Position numbers and translations under genes: made by a program. From Candidatus Eiseniibacteriota bacterium (lineage in GTDB: Bacteria > Eisenbacteria > RBG-16-71-46): DNA of 64,000 bases. Positions within the stretch are counted from its first letter, which is position 1; each line of letters starts with the position of its first letter. The stretch spans positions 2,144,001-2,208,000 of the forward strand of contig OY970178.1 in the NCBI GenBank assembly GCA_963707915.1, written 5' to 3'. Below are positions 20,036 through 29,619 of the stretch, one piece after another. A model generated the notes under the pieces. That model ran no database searches. It saw only the letters and a program-made list of their open reading frames with translations, and was not told the origin of the DNA.

Positions 20036-20377
20036 CTAGCGGTAGCCCCGCTCGCCCGGCCGGCCGAGCTTCTCGAGCCACATCCGCTCCAGCGTCCGCA
20101 GGTCCGCGGCCGGGTCATGGCCCGGTTCCTTCGACGCGTCGAGCGTGTCGAGCGTCTCGAACTCGAAGGCCGCCGGGCCGAGGTCCTTCCAGTCCTGCTG
20201 GAGCGCCCGATCGGGATGCCCGCCGGCCACCAGCTGGAAGCGCTGCCGGTTGAGCATCGCCGGCACGTCCACGCTCGTGCCGATCAGCGACCTCCCGTTC
20301 ACCGTGTTCCGCACGCGGAAGACCCCCATCGGCCGCGGGGCTTCCTTGTACGCGCGGATCCGTGCCTTGCGGTCCAT
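20036..20377 (-). CDS. Small GIY-YIG nuclease-like protein
   Basis: MDRKARIRAYKEAPRPMGVFRVRNTVNGRSLIG...HPDRALQQDWKDLGPAAFEFETL (degenerate GIY..YIG pattern). Confidence 0.7.
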   Translation of the reverse strand: MDRKARIRAYKEAPRPMGVFRVRNTVNGRSLIGTSVDVPAMLNRQRFQLVAGGHPDRALQQDWKDLGPAAFEFETLDTLDASKEPGHDPAADLRTLERMWLEKLGRPGERGYR

Positions 20378-20384
20378 GCAGCGA
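20315..20384. repeat. Direct repeat copy A (5' end of the intact GIY-YIG gene)
   Basis: 61 of 70 nt identical to 24238-24307 by hand alignment; the first 26 nt are identical. Confidence 0.9.
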
Positions 20385-20799
20385 ATGTCCCCCTTCCGCG
20401 GCGGCAGCGCCAGCAGGACGGCCGGAGACCATCGCGGAGCGGGGTGCCGTCCCTGCGGCCCGTCAGGACGCACCCCGCCCGCAGGACGTCACCCGGACCG
20501 TCCCGGGGCCGCGAGCCGCCTTGAAGTTCGCGGCCCGGGCATCGAAACGGCACCTGCGGACCCCCGCGGAAGTCCCCTTGCGCGGGGCAGGGCGAGTGAA
20601 TAGGCTCCGTTCGGATTCTGGAACTGCCTCCAGGGCTGCATCGAGACTGAGCGAGCCCATTCCGAGTGTGGCGATTCCGCGAGTTCCCTCCCCCCGCTCG
20701 CGTCGCCCCCGATGAGGACGGGCCTCGTCTTGGCCCATCCGAACCCGTTCCGCGAACCGGATGCTCCCCAGTACGTGGCCCGACACCTTCGAGGAGACC

Positions 20800-23145
20800 A
20801 TGGGACCTGGACATGATGCGAACACCATCGACGATGGGACCGCCCTGATGCCGACCTGCAGCCGGTCCTCGAGGGGACTGCGGACCTCGTGGCTCGCGGT
20901 GCCGGCTCTTGCTGCGATGCTCGCGGCGGCACCGGTGCTCGCACAGGTGAGGACTGCGACGTTGGCGCCGGTGTCGCTGACGCTGCCGGCGGATCTCAGC
21001 TTCAATCCGGCGAGCATCCGGCTGGTCGCGGGCGCGAGCCCCACGGTCGTCGCCCTGGGTGGGACGGCGGCGCTGCCCATCACGGCCGTCGCGGTGGCGC
21101 GCGGCGGCGTGCGGGACACCATGGTCACGGCGACGCTCGTGCAGCCGTGGCCCGCCTCGCGCAAGATCGCGTTCCAGGCCCGCAGGGGCGCGACCCTCGC
21201 CGCCGACTACCAGCTCCGTGCCCTGGGGTCGGTGAGGGGGCGCCCCGTCAGTGTCGACGTTCCGAGGGCGCTGCTGGGCATCGCGGTCGCAGGCACCGCG
21301 GTGACGGGCCCGGCGCAGGGGGGCCGGCCGCCCTTGTCCGGGACGGCCACGGCACCGCAAGGCTCCACGCCGGGAGCGGGCACTTCCACGCCGCCCCAGA
21401 CCACGCCCGTCATCCGCGCGGTTCGTCCGTCCTGCGACCGCTACGAGATCGCGGGTGCCGGTTTCGGCAGCAACCCGAGCCTCGTGACGGTGCGGGAGTA
21501 CTGCTCCACCACTCCCAACTCCGCCACCGTCGCGGTGCCGGCGACTGCCGTCACGCTCGTCAGCGACACGGTCATTCGCGTGAACCGTCTGCCGGCGTCA
21601 TCGGCCAACTCCAGCAGATTCGACCTCACCGTCCGGGTCGGAACGCTGTCCGCGGGCATGACAGGAACGTGGTTCTACTTCGCCCCGGTCATCAGCGCCC
21701 TGACCTTCGACCCGAACGGCTGGACCGTGCGCGGATCGCATCTGGATGCCGGCCGGTATCTGGTCGATGGAGTCCCCGACCCGGTCGCCAGCTCCGCCGC
21801 AAGCCCCGACTCGATCCGTGTCCTCCGTCATCTTCCCCCCGGGCCTCACGTTCACCGGGTGGAGCTGCTCAATCCCGCCCCGAATCCCGGTGGATGCGCG
21901 ACGTTCAACTCCTTCACCGCGACCCATCCGGAGCCGGAGCCGGGAGCCATCGGCGGCTTCGGCATCCGGCTCCCGCCGCCGGGGACCACGTCACCGGGGA
22001 AGATGGCGGCCATCACGTTCTCCGGCGGCAATCGGCTGGGGCCCTGGCGTGAACTGCTCTCGCTGCGGCTCGTGGAGGCGAACCGCCCCCTGCCGGTCCT
22101 TCCCAACGGCCTCACCGTCGGGCCCGCGGACATCCTGCAGGCTGCGGTCCAGATCCCGGCGGATCTGCCCTTCGGTCCGCACACCGTCGAGGCGACCGTC
22201 GGGTATCAGTCCGCGCGCGGCGGGATGTACGTCGTGCCCAATCCCGCGCCGGCGCTGGTCGTCGCGCCTTCGCGCCGGGTCAAGGCCGGCGATCACGTGG
22301 CCCTCGCCACCACCGGGCGATTCGATTACGCCAGGGTCGCGATCACGGTAAAGGACCCGACGAACGGCCGCGGCACTTCGAGCGAGGCCACGCTGAGGCC
22401 GGATGCGAACGGCGTGCTCGACTACCAGGTGGCGAGCTTCAACACGGTCAAGCCGCTGGCCGGCCCGTCCACGATCGACGTGGTGTTCTACCTGGACGCT
22501 CCGCCCCCGGCGGGGCTCGGCGCCCCGCCTTACCAGGCGGTCGGCGGGACACCTGCGGACTACGTGAACGTGCCCATCCTGGCTTCCGCCGGAACGCCGG
22601 GCAAACCGGTCATCCCGGGATACGAGGACGTCGTATTCCCCAGCGTGCCTTTCGAGATCATCGGCAGTCAACTCATGGTGCCGGGGGTCGCGGGGACGGT
22701 CGGCGTGCTCAACGCTCAGCCGTTCGAGATCCTCCCCGGAAGCACCCCGACCAAGCTCATCGTGCGCGTGCCGCCCTCGTCTTCGTCGACGGGCGGGTCC
22801 CTGACCGTGAACAACGGGTTCCTCTCGAGCCTGGGGCCCAGCTCTGCCTGGGGATCGAACGTGTATGTGAACGTGCGCCGTCCTGACATCCAGAGCATCG
22901 AGCCGGATATCATCAGCCGCGCGGGCACCCGTCCCACCGTGAAGATCAACGGAATGTTCCTCGGCTTCCTTGCGGACTCGGCAAGCCTCAACGGCGTCGA
23001 GGGGACCATCGAGAGCCGTGCGACGACATCCATCACCGTGAGCTTCCCCAGCTCGATCGTGACCGGCAGCATCCTGCTGAAGACCCGGGCGGGAGAAGCG
23101 ACCCCGATCACCCAGTCCTCGAACTACCTCAAGGTGATCCCCTAG
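20800..23145 (+). CDS. Large secreted Pro/Thr/Val-rich protein with probable IPT/TIG (Ig-like) repeats
   Basis: GAGGAG RBS before ATG 20800; signal-like AVPALAAMLAAAPVLAQ; IPT-like segments PVIRAVRPS..EIAGAGFG and PDIQSIEP..VKINGMFLG. Function unknown. Confidence 0.65.
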   Translation: MGPGHDANTIDDGTALMPTCSRSSRGLRTSWLAVPALAAMLAAAPVLAQVRTATLAPVSLTLPADLSFNPASIRLVAGASPTVVALGGTAALPITAVAVARGGVRDTMVTATLVQPWPASRKIAFQARRGATLAADYQLRALGSVRGRPVSVDVPRALLGIAVAGTAVTGPAQGGRPPLSGTATAPQGSTPGAGTSTPPQTTPVIRAVRPSCDRYEIAGAGFGSNPSLVTVREYCSTTPNSATVAVPATAVTLVSDTVIRVNRLPASSANSSRFDLTVRVGTLSAGMTGTWFYFAPVISALTFDPNGWTVRGSHLDAGRYLVDGVPDPVASSAASPDSIRVLRHLPPGPHVHRVELLNPAPNPGGCATFNSFTATHPEPEPGAIGGFGIRLPPPGTTSPGKMAAITFSGGNRLGPWRELLSLRLVEANRPLPVLPNGLTVGPADILQAAVQIPADLPFGPHTVEATVGYQSARGGMYVVPNPAPALVVAPSRRVKAGDHVALATTGRFDYARVAITVKDPTNGRGTSSEATLRPDANGVLDYQVASFNTVKPLAGPSTIDVVFYLDAPPPAGLGAPPYQAVGGTPADYVNVPILASAGTPGKPVIPGYEDVVFPSVPFEIIGSQLMVPGVAGTVGVLNAQPFEILPGSTPTKLIVRVPPSSSSTGGSLTVNNGFLSSLGPSSAWGSNVYVNVRRPDIQSIEPDIISRAGTRPTVKINGMFLGFLADSASLNGVEGTIESRATTSITVSFPSSIVTGSILLKTRAGEATPITQSSNYLKVIP

Positions 23146-23206
23146 CCCGAGCCCGCGAACCACGCGATTCGCCGTCCCGTCAGACCCGCCCAAAGGAGAG
23201 GTGATC

Positions 23207-24232
23207 ATGCGTTCCCGCCTGACCTTGTCATTCGCCGTGGCTGTCCTGTTCTGCGGTTCCGTCGCGCACGCCCAGGTCCAGGCGGCGCGGCCATCGGCCC
23301 CGCCGACCATCCAGAAGCCCGTCGCGCCTTCGAAGGTCGATGGGTTCCTCAAGATCGTCCAGAACGCGGCCACTCTGGCGGAGGTCCAGAAGGCGTTCGA
23401 CGGGGCCGGCTTCACCAAGGCCGAGGTCGAACAGGTGAAGAAGCGGACCGACGAGTCTCCGCAGCTCAAGGCGAAGCTGGAAGATCTCCTGAAGCAATCT
23501 CAGGCTGCAAGGAAGGCACAGGTCGCCGAGTTCGAACGGGGGTCGGGCGTCAGGATGGCAGCCCTCTCGAAGAAGCTGAACGAGCAACGCATCGCGAAGT
23601 TCAAGACGACCATCGCCTCCGCCAGACAGCAGATCGGTACGAAGCCGCCCGACCCGGCGACGACGTGCAAGGCGGACGCCCCGGCGGTCAAGTCGGTGTC
23701 CTCCGTGACGCCAGGTGTCGAATTCGCCGTCCAGGGGGTCGGGTTCGGGGAATACCCCGGGACCGTCGAGCTGAGCACCGGCGGGAAGGTGTTCGGCGCC
23801 CGCGTCAACGGATGGAACTCGTGCGTCATCTACGCCGTGGTGGGGGACGACGTCTCTGGCGTTGGTGCCAACGCGCAGGCTTCCGTCTCCGTCAGAACCA
23901 CCGAGGGCAAACTGACCCGCGGGCTGACCGGCTTCACGCCGAGCCTCGAGACGGCCGAACAGTCCGCGAACGACGCAGCCGTCGGCTACTACCTGGGCCG
24001 CAGCAAGGACTGGAAGTACTGGGACTACGTGTTGAAGAACGACTGGTACGTCGTGGATACGAAGCTCGAACACTTCCACATGGGTCACGCGGAGATCACT
24101 TCGGCGCCGCCGAACAACGTCCCGAATGCCTTCGCCCGGACGTACGTGCACGCCGGGGTCGCCGGGCTCGGGGCCAGCGAGTTCACCGTGACCCAGTCGC
24201 TCGCGGGCCCGAAGGGACTGCAGTACAAGTGA
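23207..24232 (+). CDS. Secreted hypothetical protein with helical N-domain and an IPT/TIG-like domain
   Basis: AAGGAG RBS; signal peptide ending AHA-Q; PGVEFAVQGVGFGEYPGTV...NGWNSCVI. Confidence 0.65.
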   Translation: MRSRLTLSFAVAVLFCGSVAHAQVQAARPSAPPTIQKPVAPSKVDGFLKIVQNAATLAEVQKAFDGAGFTKAEVEQVKKRTDESPQLKAKLEDLLKQSQAARKAQVAEFERGSGVRMAALSKKLNEQRIAKFKTTIASARQQIGTKPPDPATTCKADAPAVKSVSSVTPGVEFAVQGVGFGEYPGTVELSTGGKVFGARVNGWNSCVIYAVVGDDVSGVGANAQASVSVRTTEGKLTRGLTGFTPSLETAEQSANDAAVGYYLGRSKDWKYWDYVLKNDWYVVDTKLEHFHMGHAEITSAPPNNVPNAFARTYVHAGVAGLGASEFTVTQSLAGPKGLQYK

Positions 24233-24237
24233 CGCTG

Positions 24238-24307
24238 GCGGAAGACCCCCATCGGCCGCGGGGATTCCTTGTAGGCGCACGTCAGCGCTTTGCGGTCCAT
24301 GCCGCGA
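24238..24307 (-). pseudogene. Truncated duplicate of the GIY-YIG gene start (direct repeat copy B)
   Basis: MDRKALTCAYKESPRPMGVFR versus MDRKARIRAYKEAPRPMGVFR; homology stops 5 nt from the stop codon of the convergent 23207-24232 gene. Confidence 0.85.
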
Positions 24308-24352
24308 GTCTCTCCCGTCTCTCGAACATCCACCAGCCGGACGATGCGCCCC

Positions 24353-25003
24353 TCAGCCCGAGTACCTCAGGACGGCGACGAAGTGGCACGCCGTGCCCGT
24401 CAGCACGAACAGGTGCCAGACGAAGTGGGCGTAGCGCATCCGGCGCGCCACGTAGAACCCCACGCCCGCCGTGTACGCGACCCCGCCGGCCGCGAGCCAG
24501 AAGAGCCCCCACGGCGGCATCGCGTGCCACAGCGGCCGTGCCGCGGCCAGGATCAGCCACCCCATCGCCACGTACAGCGCGGTCGACAGCCGCGGGTGTC
24601 GCACGCCACCGACCGCCTTGAGGACGATCCCCGCCACGGCGAGGGCCCAGATCGACCCGAAGAGCGTCCACCCCCATGGCCCCCGCAGCACGCCCAGCGT
24701 GAAGGGCGTGTAGGTCCCGGCGATGAGCAGGTAGATCGCCCCGTGGTCGAGGACGTGGAACACCCGCTTGGCGCGATTCGGGGCCAGCGCATGGTAGAGC
24801 GTCGACGTGAGATAGAGGAGTGCCATCGTCGCGGCGAAGACCGCCGCCCCCACGATCGCCGCCGCGCCGTGTCCGACCGCGCCGTGCACCAGCACCGGCA
24901 GGGCGATCAGCGCAGCGAGGAAGCCCGTGCCATGACTGATGCTGTTGGCGATCTCCTCCCCGGCGGATTGTGCCCGGTGCCAGGCGGCCGGCGTTTCGGC
25001 CAT
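24353..25003 (-). CDS. Hemolysin III / PAQR family membrane protein
   Basis: EEIANSISHG, STLYHAL, LDHGAIYLLIAGTYTPF and HFVWHLFVL. Confidence 0.93.
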   Translation of the reverse strand: MAETPAAWHRAQSAGEEIANSISHGTGFLAALIALPVLVHGAVGHGAAAIVGAAVFAATMALLYLTSTLYHALAPNRAKRVFHVLDHGAIYLLIAGTYTPFTLGVLRGPWGWTLFGSIWALAVAGIVLKAVGGVRHPRLSTALYVAMGWLILAAARPLWHAMPPWGLFWLAAGGVAYTAGVGFYVARRMRYAHFVWHLFVLTGTACHFVAVLRYSG

Positions 25004-25231
25004 GGGGTCTCCTTCGACGCGCGAAGCGACGCGCACCGCTCACAAGGTCGTCCGTGGACGGAGATTGCGGCAGGCTCCCGGGTTCCGCAAGACGGGGTCG
25101 CGCGCCCCTCCTCGCGGGCGTCGCCCGCTCGGGACGGGTCCACGGCCCGCCGCCGGGGACGTGGTTCCCGGAGGGCCCCGGCTTGCCGTACCATGCGGCG
25201 GTCGCCCGCCGTCCACCCGGAGGAGGTCCCC

Positions 25232-26374
25232 GTGCGCTTCGCGCTCACGTTGTCCCTGGCGCTCGCGGCGTGTCCGCCCGCGTTCGGCCAGGCCGCGCTG
25301 CAACCGCAGGCCGCGGCCCCGCCCACGCTCGAGCAGGTCCGCGCCGGGATGAACATCCCATCGCGCTCGCTCGACCTGCGCGGCCAGATGGACTCCGTCG
25401 GCTTCGCCTCGACCGCCGCGCAGATGGCGAAGGTCTGGGAGCTCTCGGCCACGCCGCCCGCGCCCGACACGTTCGCCGTGCTCCCCGCCCCCGGCGTGGC
25501 GGCGGTCGTCTGCCCGCACGACGACTACCTCTACGCCGGGCGCGTCTACCGGCGCGTGCTGCCGCTGGTCACCGCGCGCCGCGTGATCCTGGTGGGCGTG
25601 TTCCACCGCTACCGGCGATTCGGCGCGCACGACCGGCTGGTCTTCGACGACTACCGGGCGTGGCGCACGCCCGACGGTCCGGTGCCGGTCTCGAGCCTGC
25701 GCGAGGCGCTGCTCGCCCACCTCTCGCCCGACGACTTCGTGCGGAGCGCCGCCATGTACGATTCCGAGCACTCGCTCGAGGCGCCGCTGTACTGGCTGCG
25801 GCACCTCCGCCCCGACCTGGAGATCGTGCCGATCATCGTCCCGGCCGCGCCGTTCGACCGCCTCGAGGAGCTGGCCGGCCACCTCGCCGCGGCGCTCGGC
25901 ACCACGATGATGGCGCGCGACTGGCGACTGGGGCGCGATGTGGCCGTCGTGATCTCCACCGACGGCGTGCACTACGGGACGGACTTCAAGTACGCGCCCT
26001 ACGGCGACGGCGGGATCACGGCCTACCAGCGGGCGACGGAGCGGGACCGCGCGCTGCTGGCCGGACCGTTGAGCGGCACGCTCACGACCGGGAAGGTGCG
26101 CGACCTCTACGCGGCCTTCGTGAATCCCGCGCGACCGGACGAGTACCGCCTGACGTGGTGCGGCCGCTTCGCCCTGCCGCTGGGCCTGCTGCTGCTCGAG
26201 CGCCTGTCGCGCGACCTGGGCCCGCTCGCCGGCCACCCGGTCGCCTACGCGACGTCGGTCGGCTGGCCCGAGCTGCCGGTGCGCGACCTCGGCATGGGCG
26301 CCACGGCTCCGGCCAGCCTGTACCACTTCGTCTCGTACCCGGCCGTGGCGTTCACTCCGGGGCGCGGGAAGTAG
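25232..26374 (+). CDS. MEMO1 / AmmeMemoRadiSam protein B family, with signal peptide
   Basis: GGAGG RBS and GTG start MRFALTLSLALAA; VCPHDDYLYAG, ILVGVFH, WRTPDG, EHSLE, ISTDGVHYG and TWCG. Confidence 0.8.
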   Translation: MRFALTLSLALAACPPAFGQAALQPQAAAPPTLEQVRAGMNIPSRSLDLRGQMDSVGFASTAAQMAKVWELSATPPAPDTFAVLPAPGVAAVVCPHDDYLYAGRVYRRVLPLVTARRVILVGVFHRYRRFGAHDRLVFDDYRAWRTPDGPVPVSSLREALLAHLSPDDFVRSAAMYDSEHSLEAPLYWLRHLRPDLEIVPIIVPAAPFDRLEELAGHLAAALGTTMMARDWRLGRDVAVVISTDGVHYGTDFKYAPYGDGGITAYQRATERDRALLAGPLSGTLTTGKVRDLYAAFVNPARPDEYRLTWCGRFALPLGLLLLERLSRDLGPLAGHPVAYATSVGWPELPVRDLGMGATAPASLYHFVSYPAVAFTPGRGK

Positions 26375-26534
26375 CGCGGACGGGCGCGGGGCGCGCCGAC
26401 GTGCCGGCCTGGCCACGCCCACCTCGTCCCCCGGCTTCCCGCGTTCGTCACGTTCGGCTCGGGACCCCGGCCCCGAAGGACTAAGGTCGCGCGGCTTCGC
26501 ACCGTCCCACCTCCCACCCCGTCAGGAGCCCGAT

Positions 26535-28571
26535 ATGAACCGGCTGACCCGTCTCACGCTCGTCTCGACGCTGCTGGTCCTCGGCCTGCCCGCCCTCGCA
26601 GCGGCGCAGGACCCGGGACCACGGCGGGCCTACATGGACACCACCTGCGCGCCCTGCAAGGACTTCTTCCAGTACGCCAACGGCACCTGGCTCGCCACCG
26701 TGCAGATCCCGCCCGCCTACCCCGCCATGGGCATGGGCCGGGAGATCTTCGACCGCAACCAGGAGACGCTCACCCGCGTGCTCGGGCGGCTGGCCTCCGA
26801 GGCCGGCGAGCAGAAGGACGCCACGCTGCAGAAGGTCGGGTGGCTCTACGCGGCGCTCATGGACTCCGCCCGCGCCGACCGCGAGGGGCTCGCGCCCGTC
26901 CAGGCGGACCTGGCGCGGATCGACGGCCTCCGCACGAAGGAGGACCTGCGCCGCGAGTTCGCGCGGGTGAGCGGGTTCTCGCCGTTCGCGTTCTCCACCG
27001 AGGCGGACCCCGGGCAGAGCACGATGAACATCGGCCAGGTGTCGCAGGGCGGCCTCGGCCTGCCCGACCGCGACTACTACTTCCGCACCGACGCCAAGTC
27101 GGAGGACCTGCGCACGTTCTACGTGGGCCACGTCGCCCGCGTGCTGGAACTGCAGGGGATGGCGCCCGACCAGGCGAAGGACGCCGCCGGCCGGATCATG
27201 AAGCTCGAGACCGCGCTGGCCGAGTCGTCGCTCTCCGTCACCGAGCAGCGCGAGCCCGAGAAGCTCTACCACAAGATGACCGTGAAGCAGCTCCAGGCGC
27301 TCGCGCCGGCGATCGACTGGGTGGCGTTCTTCAGCGAGTCGGGGGTGAAGTCGATGGCCGGCCCGTCCGCGCCGGTGGACGTCTCGATGCCGGCGTTCAC
27401 GCGCCGGCTGAGCCGGCTGATCGAGACCACGCCGATCGCGGACTGGCGCCTCTACCTGCGTTTCCACACCGTGCGCGGCGACCTGCCGTGGCTGGGGCAG
27501 GCCGCCTACGCCGAGGCGTTCGCGTACAGCGCGAAGCTCACCGGGCAGAAGGCGCCCAGCCCGCGCTGGAAGCGCGCCGCCAACATCATGGACAACGCCA
27601 TGGGCGAGGCGCTGGGCAAGGCCTACGTCGCGACCGAGTTCCCGCCGTCGTCCAAGGCGCGCATGGTCGAGCTGGTGAACAACCTGCGCGCCGCCCTCAA
27701 GGAGCGCATCGAGACGCGGCCCTGGATGGGCGAGGCGACCCGGAAGCAGGCGCTGGTCAAGCTGGACGCCATCCTCCAGAAGATCGGCTACCCGGACAAG
27801 TGGCTCGACTACTCCGCGCTGAAGATCGACCCGCAGGGGTCGGCGGACGCCGGCCTGCGCCGCGCGCAGGAGTTCGAGCGCGTGCGCCAGCTGGCCAAGA
27901 TCGGCAAGCGCGTGGATCGCAACGAGTGGCAGATGAGCGCGGCCACGGTGAACGCCTACTACAACCCGCCGACCAACGAGATCTGCTTCCCCGCCGGCAT
28001 CCTGCAGCCGCCCATGTTCGACCCGAAGGCCGACGACGCCGCGAACTACGGGGCCATCGGCGCCGTGATCGGGCACGAACTGACCCACGGCTTCGACGAC
28101 CAGGGGCGCAAGTACGACGCGCAGGGCAACCTCAAGGACTGGTGGACCGAGCAGGACGGCAAGGAGTTCGAGGCGCGCACCCAGAAGCTCGTCGACCAGT
28201 ACGACGGCTACGTCGTCGAGGACACCCTCCACGTGAACGGCAGGTTCACGCTGGGCGAGAACCTGGGCGACCTGGGCGGCATCACCGTGGCCTACGAGGC
28301 CTGGAAGCTGTCGCTCAAGGGCAAGCCGGCGCCACCGACCATCGGCGGCTTCACGCCCGAGCAGCGCTTCTTCCTCAGCTTCGCCCAGATCTGGCGGAAC
28401 GTGTACCGTCCGGAGCTGACGCGGCTCGTCTCCCTGACCGACCCGCACTCGCTGCCGCGGTGGCGCGTCGTCGGCACGCTCGGGAACGTGCCCGAGTTCG
28501 CCAGGGCGTTCGGCTGCCAGTCCGGCGACGCGATGATCATCACCCCGGAGAAGCGCACCGACGTGTGGTAG
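26535..28571 (+). CDS. Secreted M13 (neprilysin/PepO-like) zinc endopeptidase
   Basis: PCKDFFQYANG, GLGLPDRDYY, VNAYYNP, GHELTHGFD and GENLGD. Confidence 0.95.
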   Translation: MNRLTRLTLVSTLLVLGLPALAAAQDPGPRRAYMDTTCAPCKDFFQYANGTWLATVQIPPAYPAMGMGREIFDRNQETLTRVLGRLASEAGEQKDATLQKVGWLYAALMDSARADREGLAPVQADLARIDGLRTKEDLRREFARVSGFSPFAFSTEADPGQSTMNIGQVSQGGLGLPDRDYYFRTDAKSEDLRTFYVGHVARVLELQGMAPDQAKDAAGRIMKLETALAESSLSVTEQREPEKLYHKMTVKQLQALAPAIDWVAFFSESGVKSMAGPSAPVDVSMPAFTRRLSRLIETTPIADWRLYLRFHTVRGDLPWLGQAAYAEAFAYSAKLTGQKAPSPRWKRAANIMDNAMGEALGKAYVATEFPPSSKARMVELVNNLRAALKERIETRPWMGEATRKQALVKLDAILQKIGYPDKWLDYSALKIDPQGSADAGLRRAQEFERVRQLAKIGKRVDRNEWQMSAATVNAYYNPPTNEICFPAGILQPPMFDPKADDAANYGAIGAVIGHELTHGFDDQGRKYDAQGNLKDWWTEQDGKEFEARTQKLVDQYDGYVVEDTLHVNGRFTLGENLGDLGGITVAYEAWKLSLKGKPAPPTIGGFTPEQRFFLSFAQIWRNVYRPELTRLVSLTDPHSLPRWRVVGTLGNVPEFARAFGCQSGDAMIITPEKRTDVW

Positions 28572-28766
28572 GGACGGAAGACGGGGCCTGCACGGGGCGG
28601 AGGGCGACACGCGGTTCGCGGCGCCCTCCGCCCGGTCCGAGCCCCGCCACTCCTGCACGAGACGAGGACGGGGCCACCGACGCGACCGTCGATGCCCGGC
28701 ACCGCTCGACGCTCGAGTCCAGCGGCCGCCGGCGGCCGTCCGCTGGGGGGTTGGAGCGCCGCCCGG

Positions 28767-29213
28767 CTACCCCGGGATCTCGGGTTCGACCAGCGTCGCA
28801 AGCTGCGCCAGCGACTCCTGCCAACCGAGATGGCACATCTCGACGGGGATCACCTCCGGCAACCCTTCCTGCACGACGGTCAAGTCGGTTCCGCAGGACA
28901 CCCGCTTCAAGGACACCGTCGTCTGCATTCCTCCGGACAGGTTCGGATCCTCGAACCGGTCCGTGTAGCGAATGAGCTCGTTCGGGACCAGTTCCAGGTA
29001 CTCCCCGGCGAAGGAGTGCCCCTGCCCCGTCCCGAAGTTCGCGAACGACATCCGGTAGGTTCCGCCGACCTTCGCGTCCATGTGATGGACCTTGCAGGTG
29101 AAGCCGTACGGCGGAAGCCACTTGGCCATCGCATCGGCATCGAGGAACGCCCGGTAGACGCGTTCCGGCGCTGCGCGGAGGATGCGGTGAAGCCGGACGG
29201 CACCCGTGGCCAT
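28767..29213 (-). CDS. SRPBCC/AHSA1 (START-like) ligand-binding protein
   Basis: VRLHRILRAAPERVYRAFLD, DAKVGGTYRMSF, YLELVP and GWQESLAQL. Confidence 0.88.
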   Translation of the reverse strand: MATGAVRLHRILRAAPERVYRAFLDADAMAKWLPPYGFTCKVHHMDAKVGGTYRMSFANFGTGQGHSFAGEYLELVPNELIRYTDRFEDPNLSGGMQTTVSLKRVSCGTDLTVVQEGLPEVIPVEMCHLGWQESLAQLATLVEPEIPG

Positions 29214-29619
29214 GATCGTGTCTCCTTTCGATTCCCGGCGGGCAGGGAGCCGCGCGCGCGAACCGGCGCGTCCCCCCCATCGGTGCGTCGTGTCGCCCGG
29301 CATGAAGCGGGCGGTTCCACGTGTTCGGATGCGGTCCGGGGCGTCGTCGATGCGGCGATGGCCGCCGGGCGCTTCGGCCGCGCGCTCACGCCCCCTTCCC
29401 TGCCCCCGGCCGAGGCGGGGTCGCCCCGGACCGTCCGCGGGCGCTCGCGCTCCACGCGGTCCGCCGCTGCGAAGCACTCGACCGTTGACGCCCCCCACCG
29501 CGGTCATTATGGTCTGCTCGCCCTCACGGGACCCGCGGTCGCGATCGGCCCGAGCCCGGTCCTGGCCCGCGAGGCGATCCGGCAGTCCGCGCCCACGCAG
29601 AAGCCATCCGGGAGCATCC

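Noticed and set aside
20036..20377. GIY-YIG gene as a homing endonuclease mobilising the adjacent insertion
   Set aside because: It is a short stand-alone 113-aa protein with degenerate motifs, no DNA-binding extension and no intron or intein context.
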